Source: Candidatus Gastranaerophilales bacterium
GTDB taxonomy: Bacteria; Cyanobacteriota; Vampirovibrionia; Gastranaerophilales; Gastranaerophilaceae
Reading direction: 5' to 3'
Assembly: GCA_944323425.1 (NCBI GenBank)
Contig: CALUSL010000004.1
Coordinates: 1,778-65,777, forward strand
DNA length: 64,000 nt
Below are positions 26,616-34,143 of this stretch, piece by piece (the stretch's first letter is position 1; each line of letters begins with the position of its first letter). The notes under the pieces are model-generated. The model was not told the origin of the DNA. It worked only from the letters and a program-made list of their open reading frames with translations, and ran no database searches. Both the position numbers and the translations under genes were made by a program.

Positions 26616-27560
26616 ATGTATGTAAATAAGTGTACTAAATGTGGAGCGGAATTTGAAACCAAAAACCCCAAACGGGTAATATGCCCAAATTGCCTGTATC
26701 CAGAGAAAAAATCAGAATCAGAATCAAATTCAGAAAATAATAACTATCAGGGATCTTACAGTTCTTATTCTACGGAATCATATCAACCCAGAGAAAAAAG
26801 AGAAGAAAGACCTTATCAGCAGAGATACGATGGTCAACGTTCTTACAATCGTTCGTATCCCCAGCAGCGTTCTTACGGCGGTCAACGTCCGCAAAGACCG
26901 TATGATAGAAACGACGGTGGTTACAATAGAGGCGGCGGTAGCTACCAGCGTCCTCAACGTCCATATGACAGAAATCAGAGACCTCAGGGTAACAGACGTC
27001 CGCAAAGACCGGGCGGCAGACCGATGCAGAAAAAACCGCCAAAACAGCTTCTTATTACAAAAGAACAAATGCTGCAGATAGAAGAATTGTACAAAAAGAT
27101 GCTTCCGCTTCCGAATCCGGATGCGCATGAAGTTATCGGAGAAAAAATTGGGCTCGAGCCGAGAAAGGTATTTTTCGGTATAAATCTTGTCCGTCAAAAA
27201 TTAATGCTGCCAAAACTTTCTTATCCGAAAAGAAAACTCGCAGTATCTCCTGATCAACTTACGGCAATAAAAGCGCTATACGAACCGCTTCTTCCGCTTC
27301 CGCCTATAGGATGCCATAAGATACTTGCTGCTCAGCTTAAAATTGATGAATGGCGTGTGCATGTGGGTATAGGATTAATTAGAAAACAGATGGGTATGGA
27401 TCGTTGGAATCCGGATAGAGAAGATGCACCACAGGAATTCAAAAATCAGGAAAAGACAGAAGAATCTGTAGAAAAACCGGCTAAAGCTGAAAAGAAAACA
27501 ACTAAAAAAGCAAAAGCTGAAAAGGCTGAAGAACCGGAAATAGCACAAAATGAAGAGTAA
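26616..27560 (+). CDS. Hypothetical Zn-ribbon protein with an R/G/Y/Q/P-rich repeat region, two tandem ~60-aa helical modules and a K/E-rich tail (314 aa)
   Basis: CTKCG...CPNC zinc ribbon. Repeats QRPQRPYDRN x2 plus RRPQRPGGRP. Duplicated module (...LYKKMLPLPNPDAHEVIGEKIGLEPRKVFFGINLVRQKL / ...LYEPLLPLPPIGCHKILAAQLKIDEWRVHVGIGLIRKQM). Overlaps the rimM start by 11 nt. Confidence 0.75.
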   Translation: MYVNKCTKCGAEFETKNPKRVICPNCLYPEKKSESESNSENNNYQGSYSSYSTESYQPREKREERPYQQRYDGQRSYNRSYPQQRSYGGQRPQRPYDRNDGGYNRGGGSYQRPQRPYDRNQRPQGNRRPQRPGGRPMQKKPPKQLLITKEQMLQIEELYKKMLPLPNPDAHEVIGEKIGLEPRKVFFGINLVRQKLMLPKLSYPKRKLAVSPDQLTAIKALYEPLLPLPPIGCHKILAAQLKIDEWRVHVGIGLIRKQMGMDRWNPDREDAPQEFKNQEKTEESVEKPAKAEKKTTKKAKAEKAEEPEIAQNEE

Positions 27561-28065
27561 GCTTGTTTCTATAGGAAAAGTTTTGAACTTCCATGGAATC
27601 AAAGGCGAGGTTCGAATGGGCTATACAGCCGGAAATGAGTCTTTGATTAAAAGTTTGAAAACTGTTTTTATTTTTGTAAATAATGAGAAAAAGCCTTTTA
27701 ATGTCGAATCTGTAAGGTTTCATAAAAATTTTGCTATTGTGAAATTTTCTGAAATTAATTCAATTAATGATGTCATGCCTATCAAAGGAAGTCTTGTTCA
27801 TCTTGAAGAAACCGATGTTAAATCAGGTCTTGAAGAAGATGAGTTTTTGATTAATGACCTTGTTGGTCTTGTTGTAAAAGATACAGAAGGGCACGATATA
27901 GGTGTAGTGAATCAGGTTGGGGAAAATAGAGCATCAAGTTTGCTTTCTGTTAAAAAGCCGGATGGACAGACGTTTATGGTTCCTTTTGTGAAAGAACTCG
28001 TTCCAGAAGTAAATCTTGCAGAAGGAATTGTTGTTGTGAAAATGATTGACGGTCTGGATGGATAA
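27550..28065 (+). CDS. rimM: 16S rRNA processing protein RimM
   Basis: GKVLNFHGIKGEVR N-terminal barrel and a PRC-barrel C-terminus, with the conserved position upstream of trmD. Confidence 0.9.
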   Translation: MKSKLVSIGKVLNFHGIKGEVRMGYTAGNESLIKSLKTVFIFVNNEKKPFNVESVRFHKNFAIVKFSEINSINDVMPIKGSLVHLEETDVKSGLEEDEFLINDLVGLVVKDTEGHDIGVVNQVGENRASSLLSVKKPDGQTFMVPFVKELVPEVNLAEGIVVVKMIDGLDG

Positions 28066-28067
28066 AT

Positions 28068-28811
28068 ATGAAATTTGACGTAGTTACATTGTTTCCGGAA
28101 ATGATTCAGCAGGCGTGCTCGCACAGTATAATATCCAGAGCGGTTGCTAATAATATAATTGAAATAAATACAATAAATCCGAGAGACTATACTCTTGATA
28201 AACACAAAAAGGTTGATGATACGCCATACGGCGGCGGTGCAGGTATGGTTTTGATGTGCCAGCCGTATTTTGACTCATTTGATTCTATAAAAAAGGATGA
28301 AAATACTGAAATTTTGCTGCTGTCTCCCCAGGGAGAGACCTTTAATCAGCAAATGGCATCAGAACTTGCTAAAAAAAATCATATAATTCTTTTATGCGGG
28401 CACTATGAAGGTTTTGATGAGAGAATAAAAGAGTATACAAAAGCTCGAGAGGTATCAATTGGCGATTTTGTCCTCACAGGCGGTGAACTACCGGCATTGT
28501 GTCTTATTGATTCTATTTCAAGAAATATAGACGGTTTTCTTGGTAAAATAGATTCTGCCATAAATGATTCTTTTTCTGACGGACTTCTTGAACATCCGCA
28601 GTATACAAAGCCCCGGGAATACAGGGGGATGAAAGTGCCTGAGGTTCTGTTTTCCGGTAATCATGGACTGATAGACGAATGGAGGCGGAAACAACAATTT
28701 TTAATAACCCAAAAAAAACGTCCTGATTTGATTGCAAAATTCAAAAAAAACTGTAATAATAATAAAGATTTAAAACTTTTGAATGAGGTTTTATTTTCGC
28801 AAACAGAATAA
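28068..28811 (+). CDS. trmD: tRNA (guanine37-N1)-methyltransferase
   Basis: DDTPYGGGAGMVL, LLCGHYEGFDERI and GDFVLTGGELPA motifs. Confidence 0.93.
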   Translation: MKFDVVTLFPEMIQQACSHSIISRAVANNIIEINTINPRDYTLDKHKKVDDTPYGGGAGMVLMCQPYFDSFDSIKKDENTEILLLSPQGETFNQQMASELAKKNHIILLCGHYEGFDERIKEYTKAREVSIGDFVLTGGELPALCLIDSISRNIDGFLGKIDSAINDSFSDGLLEHPQYTKPREYRGMKVPEVLFSGNHGLIDEWRRKQQFLITQKKRPDLIAKFKKNCNNNKDLKLLNEVLFSQTE

Positions 28812-28847
28812 TATTAAATTACACACACATTATAAGGTCAATCGTCA

Positions 28848-29729
28848 ATGGAATTAAATAAAGAACAAATTTCTAAATTATTAGAATTAGCTGAATTAGA
28901 ATTGGATAGGGATAATATCACAACTGAAGATATTAACAAAGCCTTAATTGCGATAGAAAGAAAGCTAATGTCTTTTTCTTACGGAGAATCGCTTGCAGGA
29001 GCCAGTGATTTAAGCGTACTTATTGTTGATGATCTCGAGTTGTCTATATATCAGTTTAACCAGCTATTAAAACGTATAGGTGTAAAACCTACTGTTGCTC
29101 GCAACAAAGAAGAGGCTTTTGCTGAACTTAAAAAGAAAAAGTTTGACTATATTGTTGTTGATTTGTTTCTTCCTGACGCAGAAGATGGTTTTGAACTAAT
29201 TGATGAATGTATAAAAATCAGAGAGACAAAAGGTGTTAACAAGATTATTGTTATGTCTGGTACTGACGATAAAAATCTTGTTGAAAAGTGCTATAAATTG
29301 GGTATTGATGAGTTTATTCCGAAAAATGTTAACTGGCATGACCAGATTCTCAAATATATAACTAACACACTTACTGCTAAAACAAGCACGGATTTCCTGA
29401 AATATTCAATAAATGATAATATCTGCTGCTACACTTTGAATAAATTTAACTGCCAGAAGCATATTGATACCATAATGAAAGATGTTACAACAAGCCTCTA
29501 TATGGGATATGTAAACATTATTTTCAATATGGAAAATATAAAGATATTTGATGAAGAATACACTAGGGCTTTTGCTGAACTGTATAGAATGTGTCAGGAA
29601 AAGAAAGGTACTTTTTCTCTTGTAAAAATTTCTGATCCGCTTAGAAATGCTCTTTCTGACGCATTTTTAGATACGGTAATACCTATATATTCAAGTGTCG
29701 AAGGCGCTGTTAGCAAATTAGCAGACTAA
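28848..29729 (+). CDS. Response-regulator receiver domain protein with a C-terminal STAS-like (anti-sigma-antagonist-like) domain
   Basis: REC pattern (LIVDDLELS...DYIVVDLFLPDAEDGFELI...VMSG...K) preceded by a ~50-aa helical N-terminus. The C-terminal ~110 aa resemble a STAS fold (IIFNMENIKIFDEEYTRAFAELY...FSLVKISDPLRNALSD). Confidence 0.65.
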   Translation: MELNKEQISKLLELAELELDRDNITTEDINKALIAIERKLMSFSYGESLAGASDLSVLIVDDLELSIYQFNQLLKRIGVKPTVARNKEEAFAELKKKKFDYIVVDLFLPDAEDGFELIDECIKIRETKGVNKIIVMSGTDDKNLVEKCYKLGIDEFIPKNVNWHDQILKYITNTLTAKTSTDFLKYSINDNICCYTLNKFNCQKHIDTIMKDVTTSLYMGYVNIIFNMENIKIFDEEYTRAFAELYRMCQEKKGTFSLVKISDPLRNALSDAFLDTVIPIYSSVEGAVSKLAD

Positions 29730-30163
29730 ATGTCTTTTTCTATCATGTCAACGCGTCGCTGATGTCTACCGCCTTCAAAATCGGTTGAAAGCCAGATATC
29801 GACTATATCAATAGCCAGATATTCTCCTGTTATTCTTTCACCCAGACACAAAATATTAGCATTGTTATGAGCTCTTGACATACGCGCTGAGCAAGTATCT
29901 GCACATGTTACTGCTCTGATTCCTTTAATTTTGTTTGCCGCTATACTCATCCCGAGACCGGTGCCGCATATGAGAATACCTTTTTCGTATGCTCCTTCTG
30001 AAATCTTTTTTGCGAGTTTTTTTGCTATTTCCGGATAGTCGCAGGATTCAGTTGAATATGTTCCGATATCTTCAATTTCGTAACCTTTATTTTTTAAATG
30101 CCCGATAATTTTATTCTTTAATGCAAAACCACCATGGTCACATCCGATTATTAATTTTTCCAT
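29726..30163 (-). CDS. rpiB: Ribose-5-phosphate isomerase B
   Basis: IGCDHGGFALK and CGTGLGMSIAANK motifs; 145 aa. Confidence 0.9.
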   Translation of the reverse strand: MEKLIIGCDHGGFALKNKIIGHLKNKGYEIEDIGTYSTESCDYPEIAKKLAKKISEGAYEKGILICGTGLGMSIAANKIKGIRAVTCADTCSARMSRAHNNANILCLGERITGEYLAIDIVDIWLSTDFEGGRHQRRVDMIEKDI

Positions 30164-30311
30164 TAAAAACTCCTTAACTAAGACTCTTTCTCATTTTATC
30201 ACCTAAAACCTTACTAATTATGTAAATATATGTAAAAATATCCTCTAAAAACTCAAGTATATAGAAAAAATGCCGACAATATATTTGTCAGTTAGAAAAT
30301 AGGGATAAAAC

Positions 30312-30545
30312 ATGTTTAAGGAAATTTTAGAAAAAATAGACGAACTTGAGGAAAGAATGGTTGATTACGCGGAAGCAAATTCTTTTCTTTTCAACCACAA
30401 TAGAATCTATATGATTTCAACAAATAAAGCTTACGAAACACCTGAGTATAATTTTCAACCTTATACTTTTAAATACGGAGACTATAGTATTTCGGATTAT
30501 ATAAAACAATATACTTCAAAATCTCCGGAAGCAGGTACTGTATAA
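30312..30545 (+). CDS. Hypothetical small protein (77 aa)
   Basis: ORF with a weak SD (AATAGGGA). No recognisable motif. Confidence 0.4.
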   Translation: MFKEILEKIDELEERMVDYAEANSFLFNHNRIYMISTNKAYETPEYNFQPYTFKYGDYSISDYIKQYTSKSPEAGTV

Positions 30546-30568
30546 ACCCCTTTATATCTTGCACAAAT

Positions 30569-30608
30569 AACAGCTATCTTGCAATGACTATACTGTAAGA
30601 TAGCTGTT
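30569..30608. terminator. 12-bp perfect hairpin between convergent genes, overlapping the last codons of the 30588-31514 gene
   Basis: AACAGCTATCTT (30569-30580) / AAGATAGCTGTT (30597-30608) with a 16-nt loop. On the minus strand it is followed by ATTTGTG. Confidence 0.5.
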
Positions 30609-31514
30609 TGTATAAACCTTTTTGTTCAACAGTATTTCTGCTGTCTTGAAAATGGCTGTCTGCTCAGCATCAGCTGCATTATATACTAAATCTTCAATTT
30701 CTCCGAAATTTTTCATAATATCATACAAGTCGATAAAAGCCTCGTCAGAAGCTTTTTCAGGAGTTTGACTCTCAACGGCTTTTATAACCCTGCACAGCTC
30801 TGAATCAAAAATATCCACAATCGCACTGTCCAGCCCGCATCCTGCAGCCATAACCAGAAAAACTCTGTTTATAAGCGGTCTAAGCTCCGCAGGGCAGCCG
30901 TTTGAAACATTGGAAAGTCCAATTGTGGAATGCACTGCAGGCTCAAAACTTTCTTTCAGCATTCTCAACGTGTTCAGACATTCTCCTGCCTGAGATTGAT
31001 CAACACCGACAGGCAAAACGAGCGGGTCAAAATACAATTTTTCATTACAAATCCCGGTGTTTTCCATAAAAGACTGGATTTCCATAGCGAGTTCAAGCCT
31101 TGCGTCGCACTCTTTCGGAATCCCTATATCACTGTTCATGGTAAGTGCAATAATATTCGTTCCCGATTCTGCAGCCAGTGCTGCAGTTTTTTCGAGTCTT
31201 TCTATGTCGGCGCTCGTACTGTTAATCAGGCACGCGGAAGGTTTTTTGGCGAGTATAAGACCTTCGCGGATTTCTTCCGTGTTTGTTGTATCAAATGAAA
31301 CAGGAATGTCTGTGATATCATTCAAAATCTCCATCAACCATTTCATTGTGCCGGAAAAATTTGCGCGCGCCGGACCTATGTTCAAATCAATCCAGTCAGG
31401 TTTTCTTTCCGCCATCTTTTTTATTAAGTTTTCTATGTAAACACTGTCACGTGCAAGTATTGCCTCTTTTGTGGTTTTTGAGATTATGTGAAGATTTTCT
31501 GCTATCAGTTTCAT
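30588..31514 (-). CDS. Pterin-binding domain protein (methyltetrahydrofolate-dependent methyltransferase / DHPS-like TIM barrel)
   Basis: WIDLNIGPA and TIGLSNVSNG motifs, typical of the MetH pterin-binding / AcsE-MtrH-type domain. No corrinoid partner gene is adjacent. Confidence 0.6.
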   Translation of the reverse strand: MKLIAENLHIISKTTKEAILARDSVYIENLIKKMAERKPDWIDLNIGPARANFSGTMKWLMEILNDITDIPVSFDTTNTEEIREGLILAKKPSACLINSTSADIERLEKTAALAAESGTNIIALTMNSDIGIPKECDARLELAMEIQSFMENTGICNEKLYFDPLVLPVGVDQSQAGECLNTLRMLKESFEPAVHSTIGLSNVSNGCPAELRPLINRVFLVMAAGCGLDSAIVDIFDSELCRVIKAVESQTPEKASDEAFIDLYDIMKNFGEIEDLVYNAADAEQTAIFKTAEILLNKKVYTNSYLTV

Positions 31515-31595
31515 CTGTTTTTCCTTTTTTATTTTTAAAAAAATTTTTACATATTTTATAAATTTTTACAAGTTTTACATTTGTTACATAAAGGC

Positions 31596-31622
31596 TTGCA
31601 CTCGGTTTATTTTTGATAAAAT
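31596..31622 (+). promoter_or_regulatory. Extended -10 promoter candidate for panD (TTGCAC ... TGaTAAAAT)
   Basis: -35 at 31596-31601 and TG-n-TAAAAT at 31614-31622, with a short 15-nt spacer offset by the extended -10. It lies 25 nt upstream of the panD ATG. Confidence 0.4.
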
Positions 31623-31646
31623 AATGTTTGAACAGAAGAGGCAAAT

Positions 31647-32000
31647 ATGCAGTTAGAATTTTTATACTCAAAAATACACAGAGCTACTGTCACAGACGCA
31701 AATCTTGAATATGTCGGCTCTATTACTATAGATGAAGAATTGATGGAAGCAGCGAATCTTCTGGAAGGGCAGAAAGTTGATATACTCGATGTCAACAACG
31801 GAGAAAGATTCCAAACATACGTAATCAAAGGAAAAAGAGGAAATCGAGATATCTGCCTGAACGGAGCAGCAGCCAGAAAAGTTCAGATAGGAGACAAAGT
31901 AATCATTGTTTCATACGCGTCAATGACCCTCGAAGAGAAAGCAAAATTTAATCCGTCCATTGTCATGGTAGATGACAAAAATAATATAATAAACAATTAA
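31647..32000 (+). CDS. panD: Aspartate 1-decarboxylase (pyruvoyl-dependent)
   Basis: [24 protein letters not shown], including the Gly-Ser self-cleavage site; 117 aa. Confidence 0.93.
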   Translation: MQLEFLYSKIHRATVTDANLEYVGSITIDEELMEAANLLEGQKVDILDVNNGERFQTYVIKGKRGNRDICLNGAAARKVQIGDKVIIVSYASMTLEEKAKFNPSIVMVDDKNNIINN

Positions 32001-32034
32001 ACCGCAAAAAAATTTTTGTCCGGTTTTTGTTTTA
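32001..32034 (+). terminator. Rho-independent terminator of panD
   Basis: ACCGCAAAAA / TTTTTG(tc)CGGT forms a hairpin with a 2-nt bulge, followed by TTTTTGTTTT. Confidence 0.6.
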
Positions 32035-32098
32035 TTAAAAAAATCTTTACCTGCCGGAATACATTAACACCAGCACAGAAGAATAAGGATGAATAAAA

Positions 32099-32944
32099 TT
32101 GCAAACTATACTGACTCCCCCGAAAATATCTCATACCCCGAAACTCCTCACATCGCGTATTGAAATGAGATTAAACAAAATCTTTTTTAATGAAATCCAC
32201 TCAAAAAATCCGGTTATCCTGAGCGTAAAACCGGACGTGATAAAAAAGATTTCGCGATTTATCTCTGGTGAACTGAGACGCTCTTGCGCAATCGGGATAG
32301 CCGGAGAGACGGCAAGCGGAAAATCAACGATTGCGCTGGATATAATTGATACAATAAATATGTTTGCAAAAGAGTACTGTCTGGAAAACGCGGTTACGAG
32401 AATAAACACTGATGACTATTATTTTGATCGTTCGGAGATGGTAAAAAAAGCTGGAAGTTTTGCCGAGTTTGCGAAACACTACGACCTTGACGTGCCAGAA
32501 GCGCTGGAACTCGAACTTATGCACAAACACATAAAACAGCTTGTATTCGGACACGAAGTCTATCTCCCGAAATACGACATGTCAGGAACCGCAATCCGAA
32601 AAGACAATGTTCAGCTTGCGACTCCCTCCAGGGTAATCATATCCGAAGGGCTTTTTACGCTGACGGAAAAGGTTGCGGATGCGTTTGATTTCAAGATATA
32701 TGTAGATGTTTCACACAATGTGCAAAAAGCTCGTTTCTACAAACGTGCAGCAGAAAGACATCTCGGTGACTCTGCGGATGAAGTCTACAAAAACGCTTCC
32801 GACAAAGCAAAAATTTATATCAAACCGACCCTGAAAACAGCAGATATAGTGATTTCCGGCGAAGCAGACCGACAAAAATACAAAGCCTTTATTTCGAAAA
32901 TTTTGTGCATTATTCAGGAGCTATACTCGGAAAAACTGGTGTAA
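32099..32944 (+). CDS. Uridine kinase / phosphoribulokinase-family P-loop kinase
   Basis: Walker A IGIAGETASGKST and a PRK/Udk-like core (TDDYYFD ... IISEGLF). The start is uncertain: TTG at 32099 with an AAGGA upstream, or ATG at 32165. Confidence 0.6.
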   Translation: MQTILTPPKISHTPKLLTSRIEMRLNKIFFNEIHSKNPVILSVKPDVIKKISRFISGELRRSCAIGIAGETASGKSTIALDIIDTINMFAKEYCLENAVTRINTDDYYFDRSEMVKKAGSFAEFAKHYDLDVPEALELELMHKHIKQLVFGHEVYLPKYDMSGTAIRKDNVQLATPSRVIISEGLFTLTEKVADAFDFKIYVDVSHNVQKARFYKRAAERHLGDSADEVYKNASDKAKIYIKPTLKTADIVISGEADRQKYKAFISKILCIIQELYSEKLV

Positions 32945-32948
32945 TTCA

Positions 32949-33545
32949 ATGAAATTGTGTGTGTCTCAGGGAACTTTTAATCCTATTCACAACGCCCATA
33001 TAAGGGTTTGCGAGTATGCATTGAAGAATTTTGATTTTGACAAAATCCTGCTCATACCTGCCTACAAACCGCCGCACAAAAACGTCGGGCTTTCTTCCCA
33101 CAGATTGAATATGACAAGGCTTGCTGCCGAAAATATGGAAAACATAGAGGTCTCGGATATTGAATACAAACGAGAAGAAAAATCCTACACCTATGACACA
33201 ATTCTCGAGCTCTACAGCCGGTACAATGTTCAGGGAAAAATAAACTTTCTTATCGGCACGGACGCTTTTAAAAACATTGAATCGTGGTACAAAAGTGATG
33301 AACTCAAGAAACTTGTACATTTTATTGTGTTTATAAGAGAGAATCAGGCGGATTATGAAAAAGATTTAAAATACTTTGAAAAGCTGAGACAAAAAGGGTA
33401 TAGTCATGAGATAATGAAATTACCCTATATGAATATTTCATCAACAGAAATCAGAAATAATGTAAAAAAGGGTTTGTCTATAGCTAATCTGGTTCCAGAA
33501 TCAGTAGAAAAGTACATAAAAGAAAATGGTTTATACAGAATTTAA
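32949..33545 (+). CDS. nadD: Nicotinate-nucleotide adenylyltransferase
   Basis: GTFNPIHNAH and ISSTEIR motifs, with the conserved nadD-yqeK pairing. Confidence 0.9.
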   Translation: MKLCVSQGTFNPIHNAHIRVCEYALKNFDFDKILLIPAYKPPHKNVGLSSHRLNMTRLAAENMENIEVSDIEYKREEKSYTYDTILELYSRYNVQGKINFLIGTDAFKNIESWYKSDELKKLVHFIVFIRENQADYEKDLKYFEKLRQKGYSHEIMKLPYMNISSTEIRNNVKKGLSIANLVPESVEKYIKENGLYRI

Positions 33546-34134
33546 CATAGAAGAAGCAAAAAACTGGCTTAAAGAACATTTGAACGAAGAAAGATACAAT
33601 CATTCAATCGGCACTATGGAAGCAGCTGTCGAACTTGCGCGTATGCTTAATCTTGATGAAAACAAAGCACAAATTGCTGGACTGATGCATGACTGCGCAA
33701 AATGCTTTCCAAATGATAAATTACTAAAAATCATCCACGATGAACTGACTGACGTTCAGGATAGCGAGCTTGTGAATTACAAAACGCTTCATGCTCCTGT
33801 CAGCGCATATGTTGCGCAGCATGAATTCGGGATTACTGATCCGGAAATTCTCAGCGCAATACGCTGGCATACACTCGGAAAAGTAGAAATGTCCAATTTT
33901 GAGAAAATGATATTTCTCGCTGATAAAATCGAAAAAAGCAGACACAATGAAGAATTCAGAAACGAATGTATGGCGCTTGTTGCTATGAAAAACGGACTGA
34001 GCCTTGCTATGTTCAGATGCTATCAGGAAACAATAAAAAGTCTTGTGGACAGAAAACTCGCAATCTGCCACGTTACCATCAGCGTCTACAACGATTTACT
34101 CGCCTCATCAAAAATGGCAGAACAAGAAAATTAA
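33526..34134 (+). CDS. yqeK: HD-domain bis(5'-nucleosyl)-tetraphosphatase YqeK
   Basis: RYNHSIGT...HDCAK HD motif. It overlaps nadD by 20 nt, as in many bacteria. Confidence 0.8.
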   Translation: MVYTEFNIEEAKNWLKEHLNEERYNHSIGTMEAAVELARMLNLDENKAQIAGLMHDCAKCFPNDKLLKIIHDELTDVQDSELVNYKTLHAPVSAYVAQHEFGITDPEILSAIRWHTLGKVEMSNFEKMIFLADKIEKSRHNEEFRNECMALVAMKNGLSLAMFRCYQETIKSLVDRKLAICHVTISVYNDLLASSKMAEQEN

Positions 34135-34143
34135 GGATAAAAA

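Noticed and set aside
26770-27197. Minus-strand ORFs (90 and 139 aa) and a plus-strand alternative frame (26830-27081) in the repeat region of the Zn-ribbon gene
   Set aside because: The repetitive CGN/CAR-rich coding sequence keeps several frames open. Only the 26616-27560 frame has a start with an SD, a Zn ribbon and coupling to rimM.
32089-32163. 24-codon ATG ORF just upstream of and overlapping the uridine-kinase-like gene start
   Set aside because: It is short, out of frame, and has no motif. I mention it only because it complicates start-codon choice for the 32099-32944 gene.
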